A stretch of 64,000 nucleotides of DNA, taken from contig OY970296.1 of the NCBI GenBank assembly GCA_963716175.1, positions 309,302 to 373,301 on the forward strand, given 5' to 3'. Below the pieces are notes generated by a model. The model saw nothing but the letters and a program-made list of their open reading frames with translations. It did no database searches and was not told the origin of the DNA. The translations under genes and the position numbers were made by a program. Numbering within the stretch: the first letter of the stretch is position 1; each line of letters opens with the position of its first letter. The DNA comes from an uncultured Armatimonadetes bacterium. GTDB taxonomy: Bacteria > Armatimonadota > Hebobacteria > Hebobacterales > Hebobacteraceae. Positions 17,970 through 27,393 of the stretch are shown here, piece by piece.

Positions 17970-20681
17970 CTACAGCGGCAGCTGAAACGCTCTAACCAGA
18001 TAGACTGCCACCTGATCGCGGCTCAGGGTATCCCCCGGGTGGTATCGTCCATCCGCATAGCCGAATGCGACGCGCTGCGACACCAGATACTCCACGTGTT
18101 TGTAGCACCAGGACCACCAGTTGGTCAGCGTCACATCGCGGAAGGTCGGCCTCGCCGGCGGCACGTAGCTCTTCAGCCCCTCCTCACCGGTCGGACTGAC
18201 GAGAGACCGAGCGAAGAACACCGCCGCTTCCCCACGGTTGACCTGCCCGTTCGGCCGGTACGTGCGGTTGGGGTAGCCCAGTATGATGTTGGCGCCCTTG
18301 ATGTACTCGATGTACCGGTAGGCCCAGTAATCGGGCGATACGTCGGAGAACGATGGCCGACTGGGGCCGGCTGGCACGTTGGCATCGCCACCTGTCAGAG
18401 CCCGGGCGAGATAGACGGCCATCTGGTCGCGAGTCACCTTCCAGGTAGGGCGGAATCTGCCATCGAGATATCCCGCGATGATGCCCGCTCTCACACAGGC
18501 CAGGATCTCCCTGTAGGCCCAGTAGCTGGGTGGCGTATCGGAGAATGCCACCACCACAAAGGCGACCTTCGTCTGGGTTACGGATCCGGTCTCGGTGGTC
18601 ACCGTAAGGGAAACTGTGTAACCCCCTCCGGTCCGGTAGACGTGGACTGGGTTCTCCTCCTCGCTGGTCTGGCCATCCCCAAACTCCCAGTGCCACGATG
18701 CCGACGGCGCGGCGGAACTCATCCCCATCGCAGAGGCGGGACTGGCGACAGTGGATTCGTCCGTGAAGGTCACTGTCAGCGGGGGTGATCCGCTGGTCGG
18801 ACTCGCCGTGAAATCCACGATCGGAGCCGGAGCCGCCGATACGCTGATGCATCCAGCCCAAGTGAGCGTGTCGGAGCCGCTTGCATTGGAGGCGGTCAGG
18901 CTCACCGTGTAGGTCCCCGCGCTGGCGTAGACATGGCTCGGGTTCTGTGCCGTCGAAGTGGCCCCATCGCCGAAGTCCCACCGCCACGACGTGGGCTGGC
19001 CTGCGGACTGGTCTGTGAAGCTCACCGTCAGCGGCGGCACCCCACTCGCGGGAGAAGCGCTGAACCCAGCCACTGGAGCGGCCACGGAGACCGAAATGTA
19101 GCTGGCCTTGGTCGCGGTGTTCGACCCGCCGGCATTGGAGGCGGTCAGGCTCACCGTGTAGGTCCCCGCGCTGGCGTAGACATGGCTCGGGTTCTGTGCC
19201 GTGGAAGTAGCGCCATCGCCAAAGTCCCATCGCCACGCACTGGGCTGGCCTGTGGACTGGTCTGTGAAGCTCACTGTCAGCGGTGGCACCCCACTCGTGG
19301 GAGACGCGCTGAACCCAGCCACCGGAGCGGCCACGGAGACCGAAATGTAGCTGGCCTTGGTCGCGGTGTTCGACCCGCCGGCATTGGAGGCGGTCAGGCT
19401 CACCGTGTAGGTCCCCGCGCCGGCGTAGACGTGGCTCGGGTTCTGTGCCGTGGAAGTAGCGCCATCGCCAAAGTCCCATCGCCACGCACTGGGCTGGCCT
19501 GTGGACTGGTCTGTGAAGCTCACCGTCAGCGGCGCCACCCCACTCGTGGGAGACGCGCTGAACCCAGCCACCGGAGCGGCCACGGAGACCGAAATGTAGC
19601 CGGCCTTGGTCGCGGTGTTCGACCCGCCGGCATTGGAGGCGGTCAGGCTCACCGTGTAGGTCCCCGCGCTGGCGTAGACATGGCTCGGGTTCTGTGCCGT
19701 GGAAGTAGCGCCATCGCCAAAGTCCCATCGCCACGCACTGGGCTGGCCTGTGGACTGGTCTGTGAAGCTCACTGTCAGCGGTGGCACCCCACTCGTGGGA
19801 GACGCGCTGAACCCAGCCACCGGAGCGGCCACGGAGACCGAAATGTAGCTGGCCTTGGTCGCGGTGTTCGACCCGCCGGCATTGGAGGCGGTCAGGCTCA
19901 CCGTGTAGGTCCCCGCGCCGGCGTAGACGTGGCTCGGGTTCTGTGCCGTGGAAGTAGCGCCATCGCCAAAGTCCCATCGCCACGCACTGGGCTGGCCTGT
20001 GGACTGGTCTGTGAAGCTCACCGTCAGCGGCGCCACCCCACTCGTGGGAGACGCGCTGAACCCAGCCACCGGAGGCGATACTGCAACTGTCTGGTAACTG
20101 GCGCTAGCCGACAGTGCAGGGTCGAAGCCTGAGGTGACAGTCAGAGTCTCGGCATCAGCACCCGCGGCTCCCGCGGGGATGATCACGGCCACCAGACACG
20201 CTAGCTGCGTCCCGGCCGGCAATGAACCCGTGTCTGTGATCACCGTCATCTCGCTTGGCTCATGCAGGCCGTCTGCATTGTCATCGCGATAGACGGTGAC
20301 AGAGAACCCACCCGCGGAGACCGCTCTCAGCTGGAAGGTGTCTGTGCCATTGCCCGTGTTGGTGACCCTGGTGGCGTAGTAGACGGCCTGTCCCGGGGCG
20401 CCCGTGGCTGTCGCGACCGCTGGTGCCACATCAACCCCTGCCACCTGTGCGACTGTGAACTGCACCGGATTCGACGAGACCGTGCCACCCCCATAGCTAC
20501 CGCTAGCAGCATTAATCACGACCGTATCTGCTGGAGTGGCGGCGAGAACCGGGGCTGTTGATGAGAGCAGTAGAACTAAGAGAAGCGCCGCCCAGAAGCT
20601 GGCACGACGCAGCCTGCGATTAGTAGTTGCACTCCCGGTCTGCCGCCTTGGTCCGAGATACGCCCACCCTGTTCCTCCCAT
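17970..20681 (-). CDS. Large exported surface (S-layer-like) protein: N-terminal beta-sandwich domain, 6 PKD domains, 3 SLH domains
   Basis: Signal peptide RRLRRASFWAALLLVLLLSSTAPVLAA. Five 83-aa PKD units (FSASPTSGV.PLTVSFTDQSTGQPSAWRWDFGDGATSTAQNPSHVYA.AGTYTVSLTASNAGGSNT) plus one divergent unit. Three SLH units (FSDTPPSYWAY..., FSDVSPDYWAY..., FRDVTLTNWWSW...). Confidence 0.9.
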   Translation of the reverse strand: MGGTGWAYLGPRRQTGSATTNRRLRRASFWAALLLVLLLSSTAPVLAATPADTVVINAASGSYGGGTVSSNPVQFTVAQVAGVDVAPAVATATGAPGQAVYYATRVTNTGNGTDTFQLRAVSAGGFSVTVYRDDNADGLHEPSEMTVITDTGSLPAGTQLACLVAVIIPAGAAGADAETLTVTSGFDPALSASASYQTVAVSPPVAGFSASPTSGVAPLTVSFTDQSTGQPSAWRWDFGDGATSTAQNPSHVYAGAGTYTVSLTASNAGGSNTATKASYISVSVAAPVAGFSASPTSGVPPLTVSFTDQSTGQPSAWRWDFGDGATSTAQNPSHVYASAGTYTVSLTASNAGGSNTATKAGYISVSVAAPVAGFSASPTSGVAPLTVSFTDQSTGQPSAWRWDFGDGATSTAQNPSHVYAGAGTYTVSLTASNAGGSNTATKASYISVSVAAPVAGFSASPTSGVPPLTVSFTDQSTGQPSAWRWDFGDGATSTAQNPSHVYASAGTYTVSLTASNAGGSNTATKASYISVSVAAPVAGFSASPASGVPPLTVSFTDQSAGQPTSWRWDFGDGATSTAQNPSHVYASAGTYTVSLTASNASGSDTLTWAGCISVSAAPAPIVDFTASPTSGSPPLTVTFTDESTVASPASAMGMSSAAPSASWHWEFGDGQTSEEENPVHVYRTGGGYTVSLTVTTETGSVTQTKVAFVVVAFSDTPPSYWAYREILACVRAGIIAGYLDGRFRPTWKVTRDQMAVYLARALTGGDANVPAGPSRPSFSDVSPDYWAYRYIEYIKGANIILGYPNRTYRPNGQVNRGEAAVFFARSLVSPTGEEGLKSYVPPARPTFRDVTLTNWWSWCYKHVEYLVSQRVAFGYADGRYHPGDTLSRDQVAVYLVRAFQLPL
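18832..20076 (-). repeat. In-frame tandem repeat, 5 x 249 bp, with a 498-bp higher-order unit
   Basis: The string gccacggagaccgaaatgtag recurs at 19081, 19330, 19579 and 19828 (period exactly 249). By eye, units 19081 and 19579 differ at a single base, and units 19330 and 19828 are identical until the last few bases. Unit 18832-19080 is more diverged. Confidence 0.9.
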
Positions 20682-21128
20682 GTCCGCGCCCTACCTTTCC
20701 AACCGCGTTCGAGCGCAACGGCGGACTGGAGGCCATGCGCCCAGCCGCAACCCCTGAACGACGGACACACTCCCCCAGCGACGGGCGAGAGTTCCGGTGA
20801 CCGTGGGCGGTCCCCGGGCTCGTCCCTTCGAACCCCAGCCGACGTTCGGCTGGGCTATTGGGCCGCCGAGTGCTCCCAGGGTTTATTCCACAGTAGCGAG
20901 GCCTGCCTGAGCACCCATGCAGATCCAGGCAGGGAGCCCCTGCGATCTCCCGTAAGCGTCGCGCACTGCGGGAACCGCGCCGAGGCGGCGGCTCTGCCGC
21001 TCTGCTAGCGTTGCGTGGGCGTGTACACAGCAGCGAGCGGGGGGATCGCGGGGCTAGTGGGGTAGGCGCACCAGGAACAGCTCAGACCACTCTGGCACGC
21101 TGGCCAACGCGCATCTTCAGCTTCTAAT

Positions 21129-21161
21129 GGCGTTCGCACAAAGAAGTAATGTGCGAACGCC
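21129..21161. other. Perfect 12-bp inverted repeat with AT-rich 9-nt loop in a long intergenic region
   Basis: ggcgttcgcaca-aagaagtaa-tgtgcgaacgcc. No U-tract follows on either strand. Confidence 0.6.
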
Positions 21162-21186
21162 GCTCTGGGCCCGTCTGAGCAGTTGC

Positions 21187-21224
21187 CTGAGCTTCGCCCC
21201 CTTACTTCCTTGAGCGAAGCTCAG
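21187..21224. other. Perfect 11-bp inverted repeat with 16-nt loop
   Basis: ctgagcttcgc-ccccttacttccttga-gcgaagctcag. On the minus strand the loop reads UCAAGGAAGUAAGGGG (GGA-rich). Confidence 0.6.
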
Positions 21225-21501
21225 TAGGATAGCGGCGTAGCTACAGTGCAGCATGAGATGAAGCAGCATTCCTGCTCCTGACCGGCGGAGTGCGCAACGG
21301 ACAAACGGGCCGGGGAGACAGCAGACGGTCAGGAATGGGGTGCGCGAGACGGTGACCTACGGCTACAACCATGTGGGTCTGATCAGCAGGTTGGCTGCTC
21401 GGGACAGGAGCAGATGGTTCACCTGCATTCCTGGCCGGCTCGAAACACAGCCTGGGCAAGCCTACGGCGTTTTCAGGGCGACCCGACCGCGGCAGACGTC
21501 T

Positions 21502-23793
21502 TCACTCGAACTCCAGCCGCACTGGCTGGTTGCAGTCCACCTCTAACGTTGCCAGCGCGCCTCGTCGCGCCACCGGGACCGATCGCTCGCCCTGCCAGGA
21601 TCCTCTGATCTTCCGGTCGCCAACGTGCACGCTAACTCGAGATCTGACGCCGGGCGCACTTTGCACAGTGAAGGAGAGCGTCTGGCCCTGATAGCTTTCC
21701 CCCGCGAACCCGTCCGAGAGCGTCGCCCACAGCACTTGCGGTCGGCCCCTCGCCGAGGTCAGGAATAGCCAGGCCGGCTCATGGGGCCGCTGGCTGAGGT
21801 CGAAGTGATGCAGCCGCCTGCCCTCGACAGGCTGGTCGCTCGCTAGTTCGTCCCTGTCCGGCCGGTAGACCAAGTACCTCTTCTCTGCCCGCAGTCCAAG
21901 TTGCCGCGGGTTAGTGATCTCCAGACGCCCTCTCGTTACCTGCGCGGCAAGATTCGCGACCACGATCAGAGTACCCTTCTCGTTACGACACCAGTAGGCG
22001 TACCAGTCGCGGACCGGCCAGCGAAGGCCTACCTCCCGCTGCCAGGCCCCCGGGAAACGAGCCCGAGAGAGGCCGAAGAAGCGCAGCAAATCCGCGTACT
22101 GCATGAGCAGGCCGTCGGGCCGGGGACCATAGGGCACCGGGCCTCCCCCTCTCGGACCCTTCCCGTGGGCAATCACCATGGGGCTCTGGCAGCGCAGCCA
22201 GAAGCTGACCGAGCGCAGGCTCAGTTCGCGGATCGGACTCGTGAGCAGGAGCGCGTTGCACCCCAAGCGACGAGAGTTCAGATGGCCCCGCACCAGTTCA
22301 GCTGGCGTCTCCTCGATATTCGCCCATTCCCCAGGCAATCGTATGTCCACTAGGTTGTTAATGAGCGCGCCTGCAAACAGGTTGGTGTTGGACAGGATGA
22401 ACTTCCCCGCGCCCCTCGCCTTGACGGCCTTGTACGCATGCCAGGCCATCTCCCTCAGCCCCGGCAGAGTGAACCGCGGGTACTTGAGGCCGCAGCCATG
22501 CCGGGTGTTCCGACAGGCCATCTTCCCCACCCAGAAATCAATGTAGAGGCCATCGAAATCGAACCGCTCCAGGACGGTGTCCATCTCCCGCTTCCAGTGC
22601 TCTCTCCACCCCGCCGCCCCATAGCACATCAGGTTCGTGAGATGGCGGTACTCGGCCGCCGGCTCGATCTGCCAATCCTGCCCATGGGCTTGAAAGGCCG
22701 GGAGCGGGTGGTCCATGTCTGTGAACGTGAGGTAGGGGATGACCCGAATGCCATGCCGGTGACAGGCCGCGATCACCCGGCGCATCTCCCTGGGCTTGTC
22801 CGGGTGGGAGTAGTCGCCCGAGCGCCAGTGGGCGCAGCCGATGAGGAGGTTGATCCCACGGCGCGCCAGACCCGCGATCTCTTCATCTGTCGGGTAGACG
22901 AACGAGGGATCTATCTGGTGCGGGCCCATCCAGTGTACCCGCAGATCGGCCAGGGCAGGATCGTAACGTTTCGCTGGAACCGGTGCCAGGTAGAACCGGC
23001 TGGTACGCCGCCAGCGCCTGTGCAGCGGCGTATAGAGGTTGCGCAGCGAGTAATAGGTCCATCGCACCAAACCGCCCTCGGCTTCGAGCACGAAGTTCTG
23101 GCCCGGCGTGCCCAGGGGATCTGCTGCCGGCTCGGAGTCGGTCCACCCGTGCGACAGGTTCTCCCCATCGTCCACGGTCAGGTCCAGCCCCGACTGATCG
23201 TTCCCTAGCTGAACCCAGGGCAGGAACCGTGCGCCGTGCAGTTCCTGCTTCCCTTTTCTCGCGGCAGGCAGTATCCGCGTGGCCCACCCGCCGGTGCTCT
23301 CGGCGTTGGCCAGGTCCTCGATATGCGAGTAGAAGCTGACCAGCTCGCGCCTCAACGCAGCCGCCGAGAACACCAGCCAGCGCAGCCCGCCCCGCCCCGT
23401 GCCCCGGTTCTCCACCTCAACTCGCATGACGCCATCGCAGTCAATGATGTATGTCAGATGGTAAGCAAGTGGAAAGGCGCTCCCCTCGGAGAGATACCTC
23501 CCGCTCGCCTGAAGCACGATCTGCTCCGGACTGCGCTTTACCACCCGCAACTGTGCCTGCGTTTCGCGCGCCGCCTCCCATCTCCGCCGCCGCGGGTCTA
23601 CCTCCGGCGACACCCAAAGATCGGGCAGGGGCCTGCGCCCGGCCAACCACTCCTGCCCCAGCACCCGCACGGACTTGAGCAGCCCATTGCTCCGGGCAAA
23701 CAGGTAGCGGAAAGTCGTACCCGACACCGCGATGCCGTCTCGCGTCTCCGAGATGCTGAGAGGAAGGAAGGTATGAGCGATCAGGTCGGCCAT
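21502..23793 (-). CDS. Hypothetical glycoside-hydrolase-like protein (mutarotase-like N-terminal domain plus TIM-barrel-like core)
   Basis: 763-aa ORF with no signal peptide. The N-terminal region resembles beta-galactosidase small-domain folds (LPDLWVSPEVDP). The core GINLLIGCAHW...IRVIPYLTFTDM...FDGLYIDFW looks like a GH-type (beta/alpha)8 barrel. The family is not recognised with certainty. Confidence 0.45.
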   Translation of the reverse strand: MADLIAHTFLPLSISETRDGIAVSGTTFRYLFARSNGLLKSVRVLGQEWLAGRRPLPDLWVSPEVDPRRRRWEAARETQAQLRVVKRSPEQIVLQASGRYLSEGSAFPLAYHLTYIIDCDGVMRVEVENRGTGRGGLRWLVFSAAALRRELVSFYSHIEDLANAESTGGWATRILPAARKGKQELHGARFLPWVQLGNDQSGLDLTVDDGENLSHGWTDSEPAADPLGTPGQNFVLEAEGGLVRWTYYSLRNLYTPLHRRWRRTSRFYLAPVPAKRYDPALADLRVHWMGPHQIDPSFVYPTDEEIAGLARRGINLLIGCAHWRSGDYSHPDKPREMRRVIAACHRHGIRVIPYLTFTDMDHPLPAFQAHGQDWQIEPAAEYRHLTNLMCYGAAGWREHWKREMDTVLERFDFDGLYIDFWVGKMACRNTRHGCGLKYPRFTLPGLREMAWHAYKAVKARGAGKFILSNTNLFAGALINNLVDIRLPGEWANIEETPAELVRGHLNSRRLGCNALLLTSPIRELSLRSVSFWLRCQSPMVIAHGKGPRGGGPVPYGPRPDGLLMQYADLLRFFGLSRARFPGAWQREVGLRWPVRDWYAYWCRNEKGTLIVVANLAAQVTRGRLEITNPRQLGLRAEKRYLVYRPDRDELASDQPVEGRRLHHFDLSQRPHEPAWLFLTSARGRPQVLWATLSDGFAGESYQGQTLSFTVQSAPGVRSRVSVHVGDRKIRGSWQGERSVPVARRGALATLEVDCNQPVRLEFE

Positions 23794-24173
23794 CGCGTTC
23801 TCCTTACCAGGTGAGCTTGCTGATCACAGCCCGCGGCCTACTTGGGCATATCTGTCAGCCAATCCTTCAGGCGCTACTCGCTGGGCGCGATCTCTGATCC
23901 CGGCCGAGCCCCACTGCCCTCAGACTGGAGCAAAGGGTCTGGCTCCATCGCCCAGGCAGGCCTGACGTGACTCCCTTGAGCAGTGTGGGCTACGCTCGTC
24001 GCGTGGGAGCGATATGCCACGCGGCGTTATGCACGCAAAGCATTCAGCGAAGAGGGGATTTCCTCGGACCGCGGAACCGAGGGCGCGAGGAGCGCAGCGC
24101 AACATCCGGTCGCCGCGCCAAGTATTCCCGAGTCTATGCCAACGGGCTCCTCGAGCGGGGGAAAGGAGAGGCC

Positions 24174-25196
24174 GTGAGCAAGCCGGAGTGCTACCGCACC
24201 ACCTACGAGGATATTGGCGAGATGCTCTCCCGCGTGCGCAGGGGCGAGGTGAGGCAGATAGGCCAGTCGGCGGGCGGCCGCGCCCTCTGGGCCGTCTGCT
24301 ACGGAGAGAAAGAGCCCATCGCCCATTCCGCGAACCTCTCCTCGGCCCTCGCCGCGGGCAAGCCCGAGGCTTTCTTCGGCGCGAGAAGGCGCGAGAGGCA
24401 GGTCCTCGTGATCACCGCGGCCGTGCACGGCGGCGAGATGGAGGGGATCGCGGCCACCCTGAACTTGGTGGAGGTGCTGGAGACTGGCCGCGACCTGAAG
24501 GGCGAGAAGTGGCCAGGGCTGGCCGCAGCCGATGAGCTGCGGCTGGTCATCGTGCCCTGCCTGAACCCCGACGGCAGAGCCCGGGTGCCGGCCGATGATC
24601 CTACCATCTGGACGGAAGATGAGGTCGAGAAGTACCGCCACGGCCTGAACGCCGATGGCAGCCGGATCGGCTGGCCGGAATGCAAAGTGCCGCACCCGCG
24701 CGATCCGGCCGCGGACGGGTTCCTGGGAGCCTACTTCAACGACGCCGGGGTCAACCCGCTGCACGGCGTCTTCCTCCCGACCGAAGTGGCGCCCGAGACC
24801 CATGCCGCCATGGCGTTAGCTGTGGACGAGAAGCCGGACTGCGTACTCGACCTGCACTCGTGCGGCGCCGGTCCGTTTTTCATCGTTGGTGACGAGGCCC
24901 TGCCGGAGAGATTCGCGCGCCGGCAGTTCTACCTGGATGGCTTCTTCAGGCAGCTCCTGCGGGAGCGACTGGGCATCCACCGCAGCTGGACCACAGAGGG
25001 GCGCGAGGGCGCGCTGACCCTGGACGGCGCCTATTATCACCTGTGCCACGCCCTACCCCTGGTCTTCGAGAGCGCTGACGGCACCGACGCCGATCGCCCC
25101 TTCACCCACGAGCAGATCGTGGACATGCAGCTCGTCGCGGTCGAAACTCTGCTGACGGTTGGCGCGCGAGAGGGGTTCAAACCCCATGAACCCTGA
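24174..25196 (+). CDS. M14-like zinc carboxypeptidase superfamily protein
   Basis: Translation has VITAAVHGGEMEGIAATLNLV (HxxE zinc motif), VIVPCLNPDGR and VLDLHS (third His ligand). GTG 24174 has AGGAG 5 nt upstream; the longer track ORF from 23967 looks non-coding. Confidence 0.6.
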   Translation: MSKPECYRTTYEDIGEMLSRVRRGEVRQIGQSAGGRALWAVCYGEKEPIAHSANLSSALAAGKPEAFFGARRRERQVLVITAAVHGGEMEGIAATLNLVEVLETGRDLKGEKWPGLAAADELRLVIVPCLNPDGRARVPADDPTIWTEDEVEKYRHGLNADGSRIGWPECKVPHPRDPAADGFLGAYFNDAGVNPLHGVFLPTEVAPETHAAMALAVDEKPDCVLDLHSCGAGPFFIVGDEALPERFARRQFYLDGFFRQLLRERLGIHRSWTTEGREGALTLDGAYYHLCHALPLVFESADGTDADRPFTHEQIVDMQLVAVETLLTVGAREGFKPHEP

Positions 25197-25231
25197 GCCA
25201 GAGCGAAAGCGAGAAAGGACGGGACACTGGC

Positions 25232-26269
25232 ATGCTGAATCGCCGATGGTGGAGGCTGGCCGCGGCAAGCGCGGTGGTGGTTGGCTACGCCACCGTCTGG
25301 TGCAATCGGCCTGCGAGGGCTGAGATGCAATCCCCCACACTCCCCCAGGGCTGCGGCCTCTCGGCCCGCTATCCCGGCGATGCGGGCATTGCCCGAGATC
25401 CGGCCGTACTGCTGGCAGAGGATTTCGAGAAAGGTGACCTGGAGGCGCTCGCGAAGCGGTGGGAGAGTGTGAGCAACGAGGGGGGAAAGGTGCTCGCCCT
25501 CAGCCGCGATGTGCCTCCGGCGAGCGCGGGCGAGCACTCACTCCAGATGACGGCCACCCTTGGCGAGAACACCGGCGGCCATCTCTACACCAAGCTTCCG
25601 CGGGGCGTGGATCAGGTGTTCGCTCGCTTCTACGTGAAGTTCCCTCAGAACGCGCAGTACCTCCATCACTTCGTCCACCTGGGTGGCTACAATCCCTCCA
25701 CCCGCTGGCCGCAGGGAGGCGCCGGGGAACGGCCGCGGGGCGATGACCGCGTGACGGTCGGCATCGAGCCGGCCGGAGACTACGGCCACCACGCCCCTCC
25801 TGGAGTCTGGAACTTCTACTGCTACTGGCCGGAGATGAAGATATCGGCCGATGGGCGCTACTGGGGCAACGGCCTGCGGCCTGCCGAGGATGCTCAGGCG
25901 CCGCGAGATCGCTGGCAATGCGTTGAGGTGATGATGAAGCTCAACTCAGCGCCCGATGCCCACGATGGAGAGCTAGCGCTGTGGGTGGATGGCGAACTCA
26001 AGGGCCACTTCGCCAAAGGCGCGCGGCGCGGCGACTGGTCGGGAATGGGCTTCCAGCTCGTGGACGCCGGCGGCACGCCATTCGAGGGGTTTCGCTGGCG
26101 CACCAGCGACGATCTCAAGATCAACTTCTTCTGGCTCTTGCACTACGTGACAGAGGGCTCCTATCGCATGAACCAGGTGGGCAGGCCCAGCCGCCTCAAC
26201 CAGGTCTGGTTCGACGATATCGTGGTGGCCGCGGAGTACATCGGTCCGATCAAGCCGCAGCGCCAGTGA
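25232..26269 (+). CDS. Exported hypothetical protein, predicted beta-jelly-roll (LamG/concanavalin-like; possible polysaccharide lyase or hydrolase)
   Basis: It has an N-terminal signal-like helix (WWRLAAASAVVVGYATVW). The sequence is beta-rich, with ARFYVKFPQNAQYLHHFVHLGG...ELALWVDGELKGHF, typical of jelly-roll proteins. There is no firm family call. Confidence 0.35.
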   Translation: MLNRRWWRLAAASAVVVGYATVWCNRPARAEMQSPTLPQGCGLSARYPGDAGIARDPAVLLAEDFEKGDLEALAKRWESVSNEGGKVLALSRDVPPASAGEHSLQMTATLGENTGGHLYTKLPRGVDQVFARFYVKFPQNAQYLHHFVHLGGYNPSTRWPQGGAGERPRGDDRVTVGIEPAGDYGHHAPPGVWNFYCYWPEMKISADGRYWGNGLRPAEDAQAPRDRWQCVEVMMKLNSAPDAHDGELALWVDGELKGHFAKGARRGDWSGMGFQLVDAGGTPFEGFRWRTSDDLKINFFWLLHYVTEGSYRMNQVGRPSRLNQVWFDDIVVAAEYIGPIKPQRQ

Positions 26270-26351
26270 GCGGGAATTCGGCCGCTGTGGGGTGAGGCGC
26301 CGGGGCCAGTTAGATCTCAGGGAATGCTCAGGGTTACGGAGTGGCAGGTAC

Positions 26352-27350
26352 ATGAGAGAGATACGAGTCGCAAGCATCCAGCCAATCGGGCAGCCGAAGA
26401 TGAACGTCTTCGGGGGCGAACGTGACCGCGATCTTGGTCGCCAGAAGATCGAGGAGAACCTGGACATGGCCTGCCGACTGCTGGCGCAAGTCGGCGAGGC
26501 GGGCTGCGATATCGTCGCCTATCCCGAGGATGTCCAGGGCATCGCTCACTACGGCTACTACTACGCCGAGCCGGATCTCTTTGCCGATTATGTTGAGCGC
26601 ATCCCCGGACCAGCTACCAACCGCATCTCGGAGGTGGCGAGGAAGTATCGCATGCACGTGGTGTTCGGCACCTATGAGCGGATCGGTGACGCCATCTACA
26701 ACACCGCGGTGCTGATGGGGCGCGACGGGGAGATCATCGGTAGGTACCATAAGGTGCAACTGCCGGATGTCGAGCGCTGGAGCGTGACGCCCGGCCACTC
26801 CTTCCCGGTCTTCGAGACGGAGTTTGGGACGGTGGGGATGATGATCTGCTACGACATCAACTTCCCCGAAGTCCCGCGCTGTCTCGCCCTCAACGGCGCG
26901 GAGCTGCTGTTCTGCCCGACGATGGGCTATAGCATGCCGGGCCAGTGCGAGGAGAACGGGCTGATGCGGGTGCGCATGCGGGCAATTGACAACTTCGTGC
27001 CGGTTGTAGTGGCCACCTGTGAGAGAGATTCGGTGATCGTGGACAGCGACGGTACCGTGCTTGCCATGGCGCGGCCCGGGAAAGAGGACATCATCTTCGC
27101 GACCATTGACCTGGATGCCACGCCAATGGACCACAGCCAGTGGGAGCTCATCACGGGCGTTGCCGACCTCAAGGCGCGCCTCTTCCAAGAGAGACGTCCG
27201 GAGGTCTTCGCGCCCATCGCCGACCCGCGTCCGCCAGCCCTGGGGCGGTACCAGGACAAGCCGCTGAAGTCAACGCCGGACCAACGCCAACAGGTCTTCG
27301 CTGAACTATATCGCCGCTGGTCCGGCCGGGAGTGGCAGCGCCCGGTGTAG
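26352..27350 (+). CDS. Carbon-nitrogen hydrolase (nitrilase superfamily)
   Basis: Glu-Lys-Cys triad context: CDIVAYPE, YHKVQLP, GMMICYDINFPEVPRCLALNGAELLFCPT. ATG 26352 (MREIRVASIQ) is the likely start. Confidence 0.85.
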   Translation: MREIRVASIQPIGQPKMNVFGGERDRDLGRQKIEENLDMACRLLAQVGEAGCDIVAYPEDVQGIAHYGYYYAEPDLFADYVERIPGPATNRISEVARKYRMHVVFGTYERIGDAIYNTAVLMGRDGEIIGRYHKVQLPDVERWSVTPGHSFPVFETEFGTVGMMICYDINFPEVPRCLALNGAELLFCPTMGYSMPGQCEENGLMRVRMRAIDNFVPVVVATCERDSVIVDSDGTVLAMARPGKEDIIFATIDLDATPMDHSQWELITGVADLKARLFQERRPEVFAPIADPRPPALGRYQDKPLKSTPDQRQQVFAELYRRWSGREWQRPV

Positions 27351-27393
27351 CTGCCCGCTAGCCTTCCGGTAGGTTGCGGATCTGCAATACTGG

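Noticed and set aside
18832-20076. Regular direct repeats considered as a CRISPR array.
   Set aside because: The period is 249 bp with no unique spacers. The repeats are contiguous, in frame and encode PKD domains. No cas genes are present in the window.
18184-20132. Alternative-frame ORFs through the PKD repeat (599 aa on minus, 399 aa on plus) that are themselves repetitive.
   Set aside because: Their periodicity simply mirrors the 249-bp DNA repeat. Only the frame giving PKD domains, a signal peptide and SLH domains makes biological sense.
20821-20856. tRNA-like T-loop string (ttcgaacc) and adjacent hairpin, considered as a tRNA or tRNA fragment.
   Set aside because: No acceptor, D or anticodon arms can be drawn on either strand. 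The flanks of the TTCGAA do not pair as a T-stem.
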